DNA from: Felis catus
Taxonomy: Eukaryota
Direction of reading: 5' to 3'
NCBI RefSeq assembly: GCF_018350175.1
Contig: NC_058369.1
Span: 11,780,001-11,844,000 of the forward strand
DNA: 64,000 bases
Below the pieces are notes generated by a model that had not been told where the DNA came from, made no database searches, and was given only the letters and a program-made list of their open reading frames with translations. This document shows, in pieces, positions 35,237-47,911 of this stretch. Made by a program: the position numbers and the translations under genes. How positions within the stretch are numbered: the stretch's first letter is position 1; every line of letters starts with the position of its first letter.

Positions 35237-35622
35237 TGTTAACCCTAAAAATAAAAACCCAGTTATTTTACCAGCAAAAGATGTGTTTATTCAGAAATAA
35301 AATGGAACCACAATCCAGCGCAAATAGGCCGCCACAAAACCAGAGGCAAGTTGGGGGGAACAAAGGAAAAGTAGACTTTTTAAGGAGAAAAGGGGTAAGT
35401 TGGAAAGGCTGTTATAAAAAGTCCATTAGAATAAACCGAGAGCTCAAAGTATGGTGGCTTCTCACTGGGAGCGTGGGGAGTAGTAGCCAGTCCCAAGGTC
35501 AAGTCCATCTCTTCCTGTCCTTGTCAAGTTTGCAATGGACTAGGAGGGACAGGCTGTGAGCTCTCTTCCTGCCAAAACCTCTGACTGCATTTTAGTGAGG
35601 TTTCCCACTGCTAATTTTTACA
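35237..35622 (-). mobile_element. ERV1 solo LTR (MER31-like)
   Basis: TG...CA termini; near-TSD agtg/aatg; minus-strand aataaacacatc poly(A) signal region. Confidence 0.7.
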
Positions 35623-35736
35623 AATGCCAGCTGTCATTGATCAGGGCACCCTCTTGAGCAGACCCCGGGATGGGAAGACCTTCTCCACCAAGGAGCTGAG
35701 CTCTGTCTCTCACACTTCGCCCCAGGCACAGTCTCC

Positions 35737-36684
35737 ATGAAGAAAGGCAATTTCTCAGCAGGGACTGAATTCATCCTCGTGGGCTTCTCCACCTTCCCCC
35801 ACCTTCAGGTGATGTTCTTCCTGCTGTTCCTGCTTATGTACCTGTTCACGCTGCTGGGGAACCTGCTCATCATGGCCACAGTCTGGAGCGAGCGCAGCCT
35901 GCACACGCCCATGTACCTCTTCCTGTGCACCCTGTCCACCTCCGAGATCCTCTACACCTTGGCCATCACCCCGCGCCTGCTGGCCGACCTGCTCTCCACC
36001 CGCCACACCATCACCTGGGCGGCCTGTGCCAGCCAGATGTTTTTCTCCTTCACGTTCGGCTTCACCCACTCCTTCCTGCTCACCGTCATGGGCTACGACC
36101 GCTACGTGGCCATCTGCCACCCCCTGCGCTACAATGTGCTCATGAGCCCCCGCGGCTGTGCCTGCCTGGTGGCCTGGTCCTGGGTAGGTGGCTCGGTCAT
36201 GGGGCTGGTGGTGACCACGGCCGTTTTCCACCTCACCTTCTGTGGACCCAATGAGATCCACCATTTTGCTTGCCACGTGCCCCCTCTATTGAAGCTGGCC
36301 TGTGGAACTGATGTACCAGTAGTGGCCAAGGGCGTGGGGCTGGTGTGCATCATGGCCCTGCTGGGCTGCTGTCTCCTCATCCTCCTCTCCTATGCCTTCA
36401 TTGTGGCCGCCATCTTGAGGATCCCCTCAGCTGAGGGCCGGCACAAGGCCTTCTCCACCTGTGCATCCCACCTCACTGTGGTCATTGTGCACTACGGCTT
36501 TGCCTCTGTCATCTATCTGAAGCCCAAGGGTCCCCAGTCTCTGGAAGGAGACACCCTGATGGGCATCACCTACACGGTCCTCACCCCCTTCCTCAGCCCC
36601 ATCATCTTCAGTCTCAGGAACAAGGAGCTGAAGACTGCCATGACCAAGACCTTCCTCAACAAACTCTACCCAGAAAAAATATGA
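35737..36684 (+). CDS. OR10H1-like: Intact olfactory receptor, OR10H subfamily, 315 aa
   Basis: Single-exon ORF with LHTPMYLFL, MGYDRYVAICHPLRY, KAFSTCASHL, PFLSPIIFSLRNKE; close to recalled human OR10H1 including the C-terminal KLYPEK; splice acceptor cttcgccccag ends at 35725. Confidence 0.96.
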   Translation: MKKGNFSAGTEFILVGFSTFPHLQVMFFLLFLLMYLFTLLGNLLIMATVWSERSLHTPMYLFLCTLSTSEILYTLAITPRLLADLLSTRHTITWAACASQMFFSFTFGFTHSFLLTVMGYDRYVAICHPLRYNVLMSPRGCACLVAWSWVGGSVMGLVVTTAVFHLTFCGPNEIHHFACHVPPLLKLACGTDVPVVAKGVGLVCIMALLGCCLLILLSYAFIVAAILRIPSAEGRHKAFSTCASHLTVVIVHYGFASVIYLKPKGPQSLEGDTLMGITYTVLTPFLSPIIFSLRNKELKTAMTKTFLNKLYPEKI

Positions 36685-37659
36685 TGATCAGGGAGGAATT
36701 ACTTGGAAACAGCTAAGTTGGGTTACCAACTTAGAAATTGCACCCTTGAGGGGCACCTGGGTGGCTCAGTTGGTTGACCACCCGGCTCATGATCTCAGGT
36801 CAGGTCTTGATCTCAGGGTCTTGAGTTCAAGCACGACATTGGGCTCCATGCTGGGCGTGGAGTCTACATTAAAAAAAAAAAAAAGAGGAAAAAGAAATGG
36901 CACCTTGTAAACATGTAATAACCTATATTTATCTGATGTTTTAAGGTTTACAAGGACCCTTGAAGGCAACATCCAAATGCACACACAATGGTTAATCAGC
37001 ATCAAGAGTATATTCAGAGTGGAAAGATGTATAAGATGATGACACAGAGAAAGTCAGATTTCATGATTCTCATCTGCTGCATGACATTTTATCAGGCAGC
37101 CTCAAACCTGGGATCTGTTCTTCTCCTGACAGCAGCCAGAGTGGTCTAATTAGTCCCACTACCATTAGTCCACACTGCTAGGAGAAATGGAAGATGTCAG
37201 GTCCCCACCTTCTACTAGGCAGTAATGGGTACCTCCAACATGGATTTTGTAAGGCTACAAAAAACTAAGCCAGATTATAGCCGAGGAGAGCAAATCACCC
37301 TAAATTTCAGCATTGCACAGATCTGTACAATAACAGTTAGAAACAGTAACTGAGCAGACTCACAGAAAAAGTCAAGGAAACCTCTGCATTTCAAGTGTGA
37401 ATCTTGAGCAGCTGCAGGGACACAGAGAAGTCTCTATAAGTCCCACCATGAGATATCGCCTGCTGTGTTAGAGAGTGATGTGACTCATGGGCCAGTGTGG
37501 AACTCTTTGTTGAGCCACATTGAGTTCAGAGTCCAGGATAAAGGTGTACCTCATGATCAGACCAGCTTAATGCTTCCCTGTGGCCATGAGGGGGATTTAA
37601 GGTTGATCATACTACATAGTATTTATACTTCGTTGAAAATAAGTGTATTCAAGAGAATG

Positions 37660-38060
37660 ACAAATACTGTATAATATCATTTATATGCAAAGCCTAAAAA
37701 GGCTGAGCTCATAAAAACAAAGAGTAGAATCATTGGTTACCAGGGACTGAGGGGTGAGGGAACTGGGGAGATGTTGTTTAGGGGTATAAATTTGCAACCA
37801 GTAGATATATAAGTCCTGGAGGTCTCATGCACAGCATAATGATTATAGGTGACAATATTGTATCAGTAACTTCAAAGTCCCTAAGAGGCTAGATCTTAAT
37901 TGTCTCAACCACAAAAATGAAATGATGATTATGTGACATGATAGAGATGTTAGCTAATGCTACAGTGGCAAGCATATTGCAATATATAAATGCATCAAAT
38001 CAATACACTGTACACCTTAAACTTACACAATATTATGTATCGATTATATCTCATTTAAAA
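37660..38060 (+). mobile_element. L1MA-type 3' end
   Basis: ggttaccaggg...tagatcttaattgtctcaaccacaaaa...gtacaccttaaacttacacaat. Confidence 0.8.
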
Positions 38061-38069
38061 AAGTTTTTC

Positions 38070-38790
38070 TTGAGGCACCTGGCTGGTTCAGCCAGTAAAA
38101 TATATGATTCTTGATCTTGGGCTTGTGAGTTCAAACCCCATGCTAGGCGTAGAGATTACTTAAAGATGAAATTAAAAAAAAAAAAGTTTCTTTGACAAAT
38201 TTAAATTGTTTCTGAATACGAATCTATGCATTCATTTAAAAATAATAATTTATAGGGGCACCTGGGTGGCTCAGTCGGTTGAGCATCTGACTTCAGCTCA
38301 GGTCATGATCTCACACTCGGTGAGTTAGAGCCCTGCCATTGGGCTCTGTGCTGACAGCTCGAAGCCTGGAGCCTGCTTTGGATTCTGTGTCTGCCCCTCT
38401 TGCTGCCCCTCCCCTGCTCATGCTCTGTCTTTCTCTGTCTCAAAAATAAATAAAAACATTTAAAAAAATAAATAAAAATATTTAAAAAATAAATAAAAAC
38501 AATAATTTATAGTAATACTTAATGGACAGTAGGTTATAGTGATACTGTTGTGCACAACAGATGTAATTAAAATGTACGAGGAATGGAGTTCCTGGATGGC
38601 TCAGTCAGTTAAGCATCTGACTCTTGATTTCAGTTCAGGTCATGATCTCATTGTTTGTGGGATCAAGCCCTGCTTCAGGCTTTATGCTGACAGCGTGGAG
38701 CCTGCTTGGGATTCTCTCTCTCCCTCTGCCCCTCCCCTGCTCCCACTCTTTCTCTCTCTCAAAATAAGTAAATAAACTTTAAAAAATATT
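38070..38790 (+). mobile_element. Cluster of three Can-SINEs (about 38070-38185, 38255-38500, 38585-38790)
   Basis: Three tRNA-derived heads, each with an A-rich tail. Confidence 0.85.
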
Positions 38791-40372
38791 TAAAATGCAT
38801 GAACAATAAATTAAATTACCTAAAGCTAAAATAAAGAAAATGTTTATTCATGTTTATGTTGAATAAACTATTTATTATTTGTCCTAAAGTTGGACTCAGT
38901 CTTTCTCTATAACTCAAGTGGTAAAAATATCCCATCTTATCATGAAGTGGGAGGATGTAGGAAACAATTTCAGTCAAATGTGGGAAATCCAGACCATCCT
39001 TCTTTGCAGAATATACACTGCACTGCATGTTTCCTATTACCCCTCATGAACATTATCTCATCATAGCCACATAAGGGGATCAGGGCACATAAACACATCC
39101 ATTCCCTTTGACAGAGGGGAAACTCAGGGTCAAAATGGTTGTATGACTCATCCAAGATCACACAACTTGGTAGGGCCAAGTTTCTGGTGTAGGTCTTTTG
39201 TGAATCCCGGTCCTGGCCACCCAATGCTTCACACATCTTCCTATGGTGGGTTTTGTGGGGTGCCTGTCCATGGAGGACTAGTCCACCCTCAAACCAAACA
39301 CTCCACAATCCTAAGAGACTTTTAAACCACAGGCAGGCACTTGCAACCTGCCATGCATGAGCTTTGGGACACTGATGGATTATTTCTATAGATTCAGGTC
39401 TACTTCCTGATTTTAAAATAAGTTTCATCTTGCAGTGAATTCTTATCACGCTGAGCCAAGATGCTCCTCTTCTCCAACAGCAAAGCCAATCTGGACAAGA
39501 ATACAAGCTAGTCTCTTTCATTTTCTTTGTTAAAGGCCAAGTTGGCCTCTGATCCTACTGGTATCTGAATAGACAGAGAACCTGGAAGGTAGTTGGTCGG
39601 CCAGTGTGAGTCAGGCCTCCAGTGTCTTATGCTAACTTATTTTGATCCCTTAGGCTATCCGCTTCCTGAGGTCAGGAAGTCTGTCTATCTTGCTTACCAT
39701 CACACAGCATCAACATGATATTAGGAAGACATAAATTGATTAATAAATATTTCTTGGGTGGACCTATGTATTCCCTACAGTACTGAAACAAACCAGAATA
39801 TTGGTTTATAATATTTACTGTAAGAAGCCTCATTGCCCTCCAAAGCAGTGGGAGATGGTGTAGGGGGAGCTGTGTTTGAGGTCAAACTGACCTGGGTTTG
39901 AACTTGCTTCCCATTTTTCCACCGAATTCAATCAACCTCTTACAGATATATTCCACATTTGTGTAAATAAAAGTATATTCAGAGAAATGAAATTTATGAT
40001 TGGAAAGCATTAGATATATCCATTAGTGAAGGATTGTTAAATGAACATTTGTTCATTCATACTTGAAACACAAAGCAGTTATTGCCAACTTGACAATAAA
40101 TTATATTAAAAAAACAAATAAATGACAGAAGATTAAAAAGAGAAATTTGATCCTTGGACTTCATCAATGTCCTTTCTCCCTGGGGATCCTATCCAGTATC
40201 AGGACTTTATGTACACTCTACACACAGGTGACCCCAAAATTCTTATCTTCATCCCTATCCAATAGCCTACTCAGCATCTCTACATGGATATCTAGTAGGC
40301 AACTCAAACTTAATGTGTCCAAAATCTAACTCTTAGACATTTTCATTGCCATTATCATTTTCTCTGTGTCCC

Positions 40373-40386
40373 TCCCTCTCTCTCTT

Positions 40387-40447
<61 letters not shown>
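40373..40447. repeat. Compound (CT)n(CA)n microsatellite
   Basis: Read directly. Confidence 0.95.
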
Positions 40448-40448
<1 letters not shown>

Positions 40449-42719
40449 TCTTCCACAGTCTTTCTTGTCTCAGAACACAACAACTCAATCTCAATTCCTT
40501 GAAGACATTTCTGCTCAAAAATCATACAGCCCTTCTCTAACCACACTACACAAAATAGATACACTCCTGGCCATGTCCTATGTCTCTTGATCAGCTTTAT
40601 TTGTCTGACATGTGTTTATCACCACCTGGAATATACCTGCTTATTAGACATTGTCTGTCTCTGCCCAATAGAATGCTGTTTGAGGTAGTCAGGGACCCTT
40701 GGTCCATTTTGCAAACTGCTATATGCCTACACAAAATGCAGTAAGTTCTCAAATATTTGTTGAAGACATTAAGTAAAACGAATGATGACAAATGAACATA
40801 TAACTGTGAGGTACAGTTTTTGTCTACACAATAAGATGGACAAAAAATGTTTCAAGTTTATTAACACTGTTGGAGTGGGTGTGGGGAAATTGGCTGTCAC
40901 ACTTTGTTGTTTGAGCTTAGGCAGGTCACTTCCCCTCTCTGAGCCTACACTGAAAGAATGTAACAGCACCTACCTTCTAAGACAGTTGTAAGATTGAAGT
41001 AAGACAATGCTTACAAAGGGTTTAGCATGGTTAGCATGGTGCCTGGCACAATGGTAGCCACAGGAGTTAGGATGACATTATAATTTCAAGTTTTTTAAAT
41101 AAGTTCGGGATCAGAGGGAGAGGTGTGAATTGAAGCAATGACCATCTGGAGCCATCAACTTTGATGTATCCATCTTGGTTATCAGTGCTGCGGAAGGAGT
41201 AGGACCTCAGTGGAGAGGATTGGGGTCCAGCAGGGGGCACCACTGGGAGAAGGGTTGCTCCAGCTAGGCTTTCTGACTTAGCCTTTTTCTCCCAGAATCC
41301 TCTTCTCCTCCTCTCTGTGGCTCCTAGCCTCCATGCATGGTCCCCATGACTCATCACCATGGCAACAGCTAATGGGACTGGAGATAGGTGATGACATCTG
41401 GCTCTCTCAAGAGACAAAGAGGTGCTCTGAATTGCAGACAGGGCTGTGCAGTGGTTAAGTGATGAAGCAAAGTGGTGTTGGTTGAATTACATCCCATTTC
41501 TTGGCCTCAGTTTCCCATCTTTAAAATGGGTTCAATAATAATGTAGTCACCTGTTAGGATTGTTCTGAGAACTAAATAACATCGTGTATGTGGGGTGATT
41601 GACGATGACTGGCATCCGATTGCACTCAATGCCAGCTTTTAAAGATCTGTTCAGTAATTATTTGCAGCTTTCAAATGTGTCTCAATTCCTGTGCTAGTTT
41701 GGGAGCACAGAGATGGGTACATTGCTATTTCCTGTTTCTAGGTGCTTGGTGGAACGACAGAGAAATATCAGGGCTCTCACCAAGATATGGACCAAGAGCT
41801 AAGGGTCACCAAAGGGGCATGACCCTCACCAGTGCCCACCAGCGGATGCTTGGAAGTTTCTGGAGAATTTTTGATTGTTAAAGCTGAAGGAGACATATGT
41901 CACAATATCTAGTGGGCGAAGGCCAGGGATGACATTCAACACCCCACAATGCATAGAACAGACCCAACCACAAAGAATGAGCCATCCCCAAATGTCAGTC
42001 ATGCCAAGGATGACAAATCTTATTGTATTTCTTCAACAAACACTTATTGAGCACCTACTGTTTGACAGGCACTTTTTTAGATGCCACTAGGGATATAATG
42101 TTAAACTCATTAGACATGACCCCTGATTTCAGTGCTTGTACTTCAGAGAGGAAGACGTGGATATTAAACAAATAACCTAATGAACATATATGATAAACTG
42201 TGATAAAAGCTAGGAGGAAAAGAAGGGAGTTGCTGTGATAGGAGTTGCTCATAATAGGGGTGGTGACACAGTATGGGGAAGTCAGAAAAGGCTTTCCTGA
42301 GGAGGTGGCATTTAAAGCCAGACCTATGGATACGTAGGACTAAAAGGCAAGGTATTTCAGGTAGAAGCAGCAGTCTGTGCAAACTTCCTGAGGTCTGAGC
42401 ATGCTTGGTTTATTACCGAACAGCTGGAGAACTAGAGGGGCAGGAGAGCTGGGAAGGGCTGTGGGATAAAGCTGGAGTTGAAGCAGTGACCCAACCACAC
42501 TACAGTTTGTAATGTATCTCAAGAGTATATAAATAGACTGGTGATTTTTCAGGTTTTCCCTTTAGCAAGATCCCTCTGGCCTCGGGACATAGATAGTCTG
42601 GGAGGTTGGGGGTGGGGGAGGAGGAAAACACCCTTGAGGAGGGAATTGGCAAGGGCAAGGGGGTCAAGTCAACATTGGGGAAGAACAGAACAAGAGGAGT
42701 TAAGGCAGCAAACTGCATC

Positions 42720-43170
42720 TCTCAAGCTGGCCTTTGCCTCCAGAAATTAGCACTGAAACACTTGGTGGCTCTAATTAGTGCAGGGAGAGGGGTCCCCTAA
42801 AGTCTGGAGATCTCGCCATCAACAGCCCTTCTCAGCGCTCCAGGCCTTTTAATCACCTCTCTGGGCTCTGGCTATGCCTTGGGGATACCAAAGAATGTGG
42901 CACAAAGGGGACCATTAGCAAGGAATGGCAAACAGTGAGGAATGGAGGGGGTGGGGGCAACTTCTAAAAGGGGAAGCTGAATCCTGGCGAGGAGGTGGGA
43001 CACTTCCCCTGGGCGTGGGGGTGGAGTCCTGGCCAACACTAATGAGCAGAGGGGCGGGGCTCTCTCCCCTGATGTGGAGGGTCTTAACCTAAAACCCTGA
43101 TGTGTTTACACTGACTTTTGGCACATATTCCTACTTCTATTTTCTATCACCAGATAAGTTAATTATGGCT
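42720..43170. promoter_or_regulatory. Candidate olfactory receptor enhancer (cluster of Lhx2-type and Ebf-type motifs)
   Basis: Non-repetitive segment with AATTAG 42745, CTAATTAG 42771, CATTAG 42913, CTAATGA 43039, TCCCCTGGGC 43005, CCTTGGGGA 42877 and GC box 43051. Confidence 0.35.
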
Positions 43171-44204
43171 TCTATTTTTTGGTCTTTTTCAGGGAAAATA
43201 AATGCAAGATTATTTGGGGTGGCAAGGAAGGGGAGTCTAGCAAGGCAGGGACTAGGGTCAAGCAAGTGAGGCATTCACCTTGACCACCAAATTTAAGGGG
43301 CCACCAAAGAATTCAGTGATCAAGATAAATCATATTTTGGGGCACCTGGGTGGCTCAGTCGGTTGAGTGTCTGACTCTTGGTTTCAGCTCAGGTCATGAT
43401 CTCACCGTTGGTGGGTTCGAGCCCCACATCAGGCTCTGTGCTGATAGTGTGGAGCCTGCCTAGGATTCTCTCTCCCTCTCTCTCTGCTCACTCTCTCACA
43501 ATAAACTTAAAAAAGATAAATCGTATTTAATGCAACCTTTTTAAAACCAAAATTAATGCAAAAAATGTATGATGAGCAGCGCATCAACATTTTAAATAAA
43601 GATGGGATGTAACGGTGAGCTTTCATAGCTCTGCCTCAAACATCTCGTCCTGACCCAGCCCTTGGGGTCTAGAATCTGTCACCTACAGAAACAACATACA
43701 TTCACTAACTTCAATTTCCTTGGTTGTTTTAAATTTTCAAAGCAACTAATACTAAATCAAAAGAATTAAAAACGTGGGTTTTTTTTTTTTTACATTACAA
43801 TGGAGTGCATTGACATTTGTCAGTCCAATTAGAGGAAGTGGATTTTTTCTCTGATGACCACAGGGAACCACACTTACAGTTTTTGGATATAATCCAGAAG
43901 CCATGTTTGCCATCAGCTCTTTCAAATTCACAGTCTCTCACCTGTTTCCCAGGTCAACCAGTATACTCCAAGACGTTTCTGGATCTGTAGCCAGCTAAGG
44001 AGCAGTGGCTACACCCCAAGACTTATGCTGGCCACTTAAACATACCTCTTACAGGACAACTCTAAGAGGGGTCGATCTTACCATCTGGACTCTTTCTCAT
44101 TTTGTAAGGGGGGCAAAGGATGTCACCAAATATTGCTAGCTAACTGCCTTGAATCTTCTCAGTATAACCTAGGAATCTGGCTTTAAAAGGGATCAGCATT
44201 TCTT

Positions 44205-44426
44205 TTTTTTTTTAAATCTTTTTTTAATGTTTATTTATTTCTGAGACAGAGAGAGACAGAGCATGAGTGGGGGAGGGGCAGAGAGAGAGGGAGACACAGA
44301 ATCTGAAGCAGGCTCCGAGCCGAGCCGGCAGCACAGAGCCAGACGCGGGGCTCAAACCCACAAACCGTGAGATCATGACCTGAGCTGAAGTCAGTCGCTC
44401 AATCGACTGAGCCACCCAGGCACCCC
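44205..44426 (-). mobile_element. Felid SINE
   Basis: TSD aaagggatcagcatttcttt. Confidence 0.93.
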
Positions 44427-45129
44427 TAAAGGGATCAGCATTTCTTTAGAGCAAACAATTTTATGTTTGAATATAACAATATTTTGCGTATTAATACATC
44501 TACTAATGAAAACATAGAAATGTTCAGCCAGTTTGGTCGAGATTACGATGTGTCTCACGGATCCTCTCATGCTGGGGGTTTCCTCCTGACCCCTGAGAAC
44601 ATGTATCTCCAGTTCTGGCTTGTTTTTTCAGGGCTTGCTACAATTGGTCCTCTCCTTGCAATCGACACCTTCATGTCTCCATCTCTTCTTGGAACACACT
44701 GGCTTCCTCTCCTCATAATTCCTGAGAAATGTATGCTTCTGACCCCAAGTTCCAGCATAAAGAATTCTAGCTTTTCCACTTCAGGGCAAGACCTTTAACT
44801 AATTGATTTAATCTCTTTATAGCCCTGTTTCCTCATCTTTGAAATGGAGCTGATAATATTATCTTCCTTGTGAAGTAAAAGAAAGACCCCACGTGTGTTA
44901 AATCATGTAAGACCATACCTATCATTGGGGCACTTGGGTGCCTCAGTTGGTTGAGCATCTGACTCTTGATCTCAGGTCAGGTCTTGATCCCATGGTCAAC
45001 GGATTGAGCCCCGCCTGAGGCTCTGTGCTGAGCATGGAGTCTGCTCAAGATTCTTTCTCTCCTTCTCTCTGCCTGTCTCTTTTCCTGAAATAAATAAAAT
45101 TAAATTTAAAAAAGGACTATACTTATCTA

Positions 45130-45830
45130 TCATTAGTTACCAGGGAAATACAAATCAAACCCACAATAAGATACTACTAGAATGACTATAATCAAAAAGT
45201 TAGATACATTAGCGTTGGCGAGGATGTGGAAAAACGGGAACCCGCAGAGACTGCTGGTGGGGACGTAAAATGGAGCCACCACTTTGGAAAGCAGTCTAGC
45301 AATTCCTCAAATGATTAAACATAGAGTTACCATATAACCCCTCATTTTCACTCCTAAGTACACACCTCCCAAGTGAAAATGTATGTCCACATAAAAACTT
45401 GTACATGAATGTTTATAGCAGCGTTACTCATTATNNNNNNNNNNNNNNNNNNNNNNNNNNNNNNNNNNNNNNNNNNNNNNNNNNNNNNNNNNNNNNNNNN
45501 NNNNNNNNNNNNNNNNNNNNNNNNNNNNNNNNNNNNNNNNNNNNNNNNNNNNNNNNNNNNNNNNNNNNNNNNNNNNNNNNNNNNNNNNNNNNNNNNNNNN
45601 NNNNNNNNNNNNNNNNNNNNNNNNNNNNNNNNNNATATAAAATGTTCAGAACAGGCAAATCTATAAATACAGTGCATTAGGGCTGCTTAGGGCTGAAGGG
45701 AAGAGAGGAAAGAGGGATGACACTTAAAGGCTATAAGGTTTTATTTGGAGGTGATGAAAATGTTCTAAATTGACTGATTTGGATTACACATATCTTTAAA
45801 CAGGTGAATCATATCTCAATAGAACTATTT
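45130..45830 (+). mobile_element. L1MB-like 3' region spanning N gap 45435-45634
   Basis: Colinear L1 ORF2-end/3'UTR text on both sides of the gap. Confidence 0.8.
45435..45634. other. N gap (200 nt)
   Basis: Run of N. Confidence 0.99.
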
Positions 45831-45949
45831 TTTTTTAGACCTTACCTAGCTGATGATAAATGTCCCTCCCTCCCCCCACCATGGGGAAAAATGGAAGCTG
45901 TTATCAGCATAACTACTAACAAGGAAGGAAGAAAGAAAGGAAGGAAGGG

Positions 45950-46209
45950 GGGGTTGGCGCCTAGGTGGCTCAGTTGGTTGGGTGACTGACTTCTGCTCAG
46001 GTCATGATCTCACAGTCCCTGAGATCGAGCCCCACGTTGGGCTCTGTGCTGACAGCTCAAAGCCCAGAGCCCACTTCAGATTCTGTGTCTCCCTCTCTCT
46101 CTGCCCCTCTCCTGCTCACACTCTGTCTCTCACTCTTTCTCTCAAAAATAAAGATTAAAAAAATTCAAAAAAAAAAGAAAGGAAGGAGGGGGAAGGAAAG
46201 AAGAAAGGA

Positions 46210-46248
<39 letters not shown>

Positions 46249-46285
46249 GGAGGGAGGGAGGAAGGAGGAAAGAAAGAAAGAAAGT
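45950..46285 (+). mobile_element. Can-SINE with a tail expanded into a (GAAA)n/(GGAA)n microsatellite
   Basis: SINE head at about 45955 followed by a purine repeat to about 46282. Confidence 0.88.
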
Positions 46286-46344
46286 TGATTGCTTTTGTTT
46301 CCAACTCGTATATCTGGCTTTATCTTTGGGCTAAAGATTCTGTA

Positions 46345-46510
46345 GGGCAGTGGTTCCCAAAATTTCATCCTCAGACCTGCAGCCCCAGCACCTGAGAGCT
46401 TGTTAGATGTACAGATTCTAGAACCCTACTCTGACCTGTTGAAGCAGACACTTTGGAGTGGGGCCCAGCAGCCTGTGACCTAACTAGCCCTCCAGGTGAC
46501 TGTGATGTGC
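46345..46510 (+). mobile_element. MER5A-like hAT element
   Basis: cagtggttcccaaa...gcttgttagatgtacagattct...gggcccagcagcctgtg...aactagccctccaggtga. Confidence 0.75.
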
Positions 46511-47211
46511 CCCCACCTTGGAGCTCCATTGCCACAGAGGACTCACTGGGCTGGTGGCATACTGCATCCCTGCACCTGTCTGGTTTCATGAACCTGGGCA
46601 AGTCTGAGCTTCACTGTGTCCATTTCCTCATTTAAAAAACAGGTGCAACCCAAAGGGGCTGCCTGACTCCACCTGAGCACCTCCCTTGAAGCAAGACCCA
46701 GCCTGTGGATGCTTCCCTCAATATATCTGAGTACACAACACGTGAAAGAGAAGTGGATTCTTATTGAGGATTTCAAGGGAGTCAGGAAAGGGGGAATTAT
46801 ATCAGGCACTTTATGGCAACCTCATAAACCTTATAAAATGCCCATTTACAGGCCTGCTCATTCCTCAAACTTTTTCACCAGTCACTGGGCCCATCACCTC
46901 CCTTACGTCCTGGAGGTTAAGGGCCAGCAACTGGTTCTTCTTCCTGTCCCGGCCCTTTCTCTCAGCTCAGCCCCCACTTCCTTATCCCTCTCCCTCTCCA
47001 CTTCCTTATCCCTCTCCCATGAAGGCTTCGACTCCATGTGTCCACACATAGCTTTTCTCCCAAGGAGAAATTCAGATCCCTCCTCTTTCTTTCTCCTCAA
47101 CCAGTCATTCGGCTCAGTCAATGAAGGCAACTCCTAAGAGGAGACACCTTTCCTCCAAAAATGTGAAGAATTAAAAATGAACAATCATTTTCTTCATCAA
47201 GAATGCTTTCC

Positions 47212-47437
47212 GGGGCGCCTGGGTGGTGCAGTCGGTTAAGCGTCCGACTTCAGCCAGGTCACGATCTCGCGGTCCGTGAGTTCGAGCCCCGCGTCGGGCT
47301 CTGGGCTGATGGCTCAGAGCCTGGAGCCTGTTTCCGATTCTGTGTCTCCCTCTCTCTCTGCCCCTCCCCCATTCATGCTCTGTCTCTCTCTGTCCCAAAA
47401 ATAAATAAACGTTGAAAAAAAATTAAAAAAAAAAAAA
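47212..47437 (+). mobile_element. Very young felid SINE
   Basis: CpGs intact; TSD aagaatgctttcc. Confidence 0.96.
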
Positions 47438-47911
47438 GAATGCTTTCCTTTCTTCAGTGTGGTATTCAGAATGACAGCAATGGTGTGTCTGAGGCAGAGG
47501 ACACAATGCTTGGTACACAGCAGGTGCCCAATCACAGTTTATTCATTTTGGGCAGAGTCGACATCCCTCATTCACACATTCATGATAAACCATGAACACA
47601 GGTTCCCCAACACAGCGACGTGGGCACCCCCTCCCCCAATGCCACCATCAGGCACAGGAACCTGGAGGAAGGTGACATACTAGGTCCATAGTGGGAAGGC
47701 CGACACCCCAGTGAATCCAGGAGGAACAAGGTCAACAGACAGAGAGAAAGGAGAGAACACACACATCTAGAATTTGGAGTACTTGCAAAGTGGGGAGGTG
47801 GGGTAATTCCCATATAAGAATCATCACCAGTGAAGTGTAATCCTTCCCATTTTACAGACAGAAGCCTGAAGTGCCTCTACCTGACACATCACTGCCACGA
47901 AAGGAGCCACT

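Noticed and set aside
35755-36380. Long antisense and alternate-frame ORFs over the OR genes (173 aa here; 252 aa at 48320-49078; 134 aa at 59562-59966)
   Set aside because: Shadow ORFs from GC-rich OR codon usage; they recur because the OR paralogues are similar
38970-39521. 183-aa minus-strand ORF
   Set aside because: It crosses MIR-like repeat sequence, has no recognisable domain and shows no splice logic
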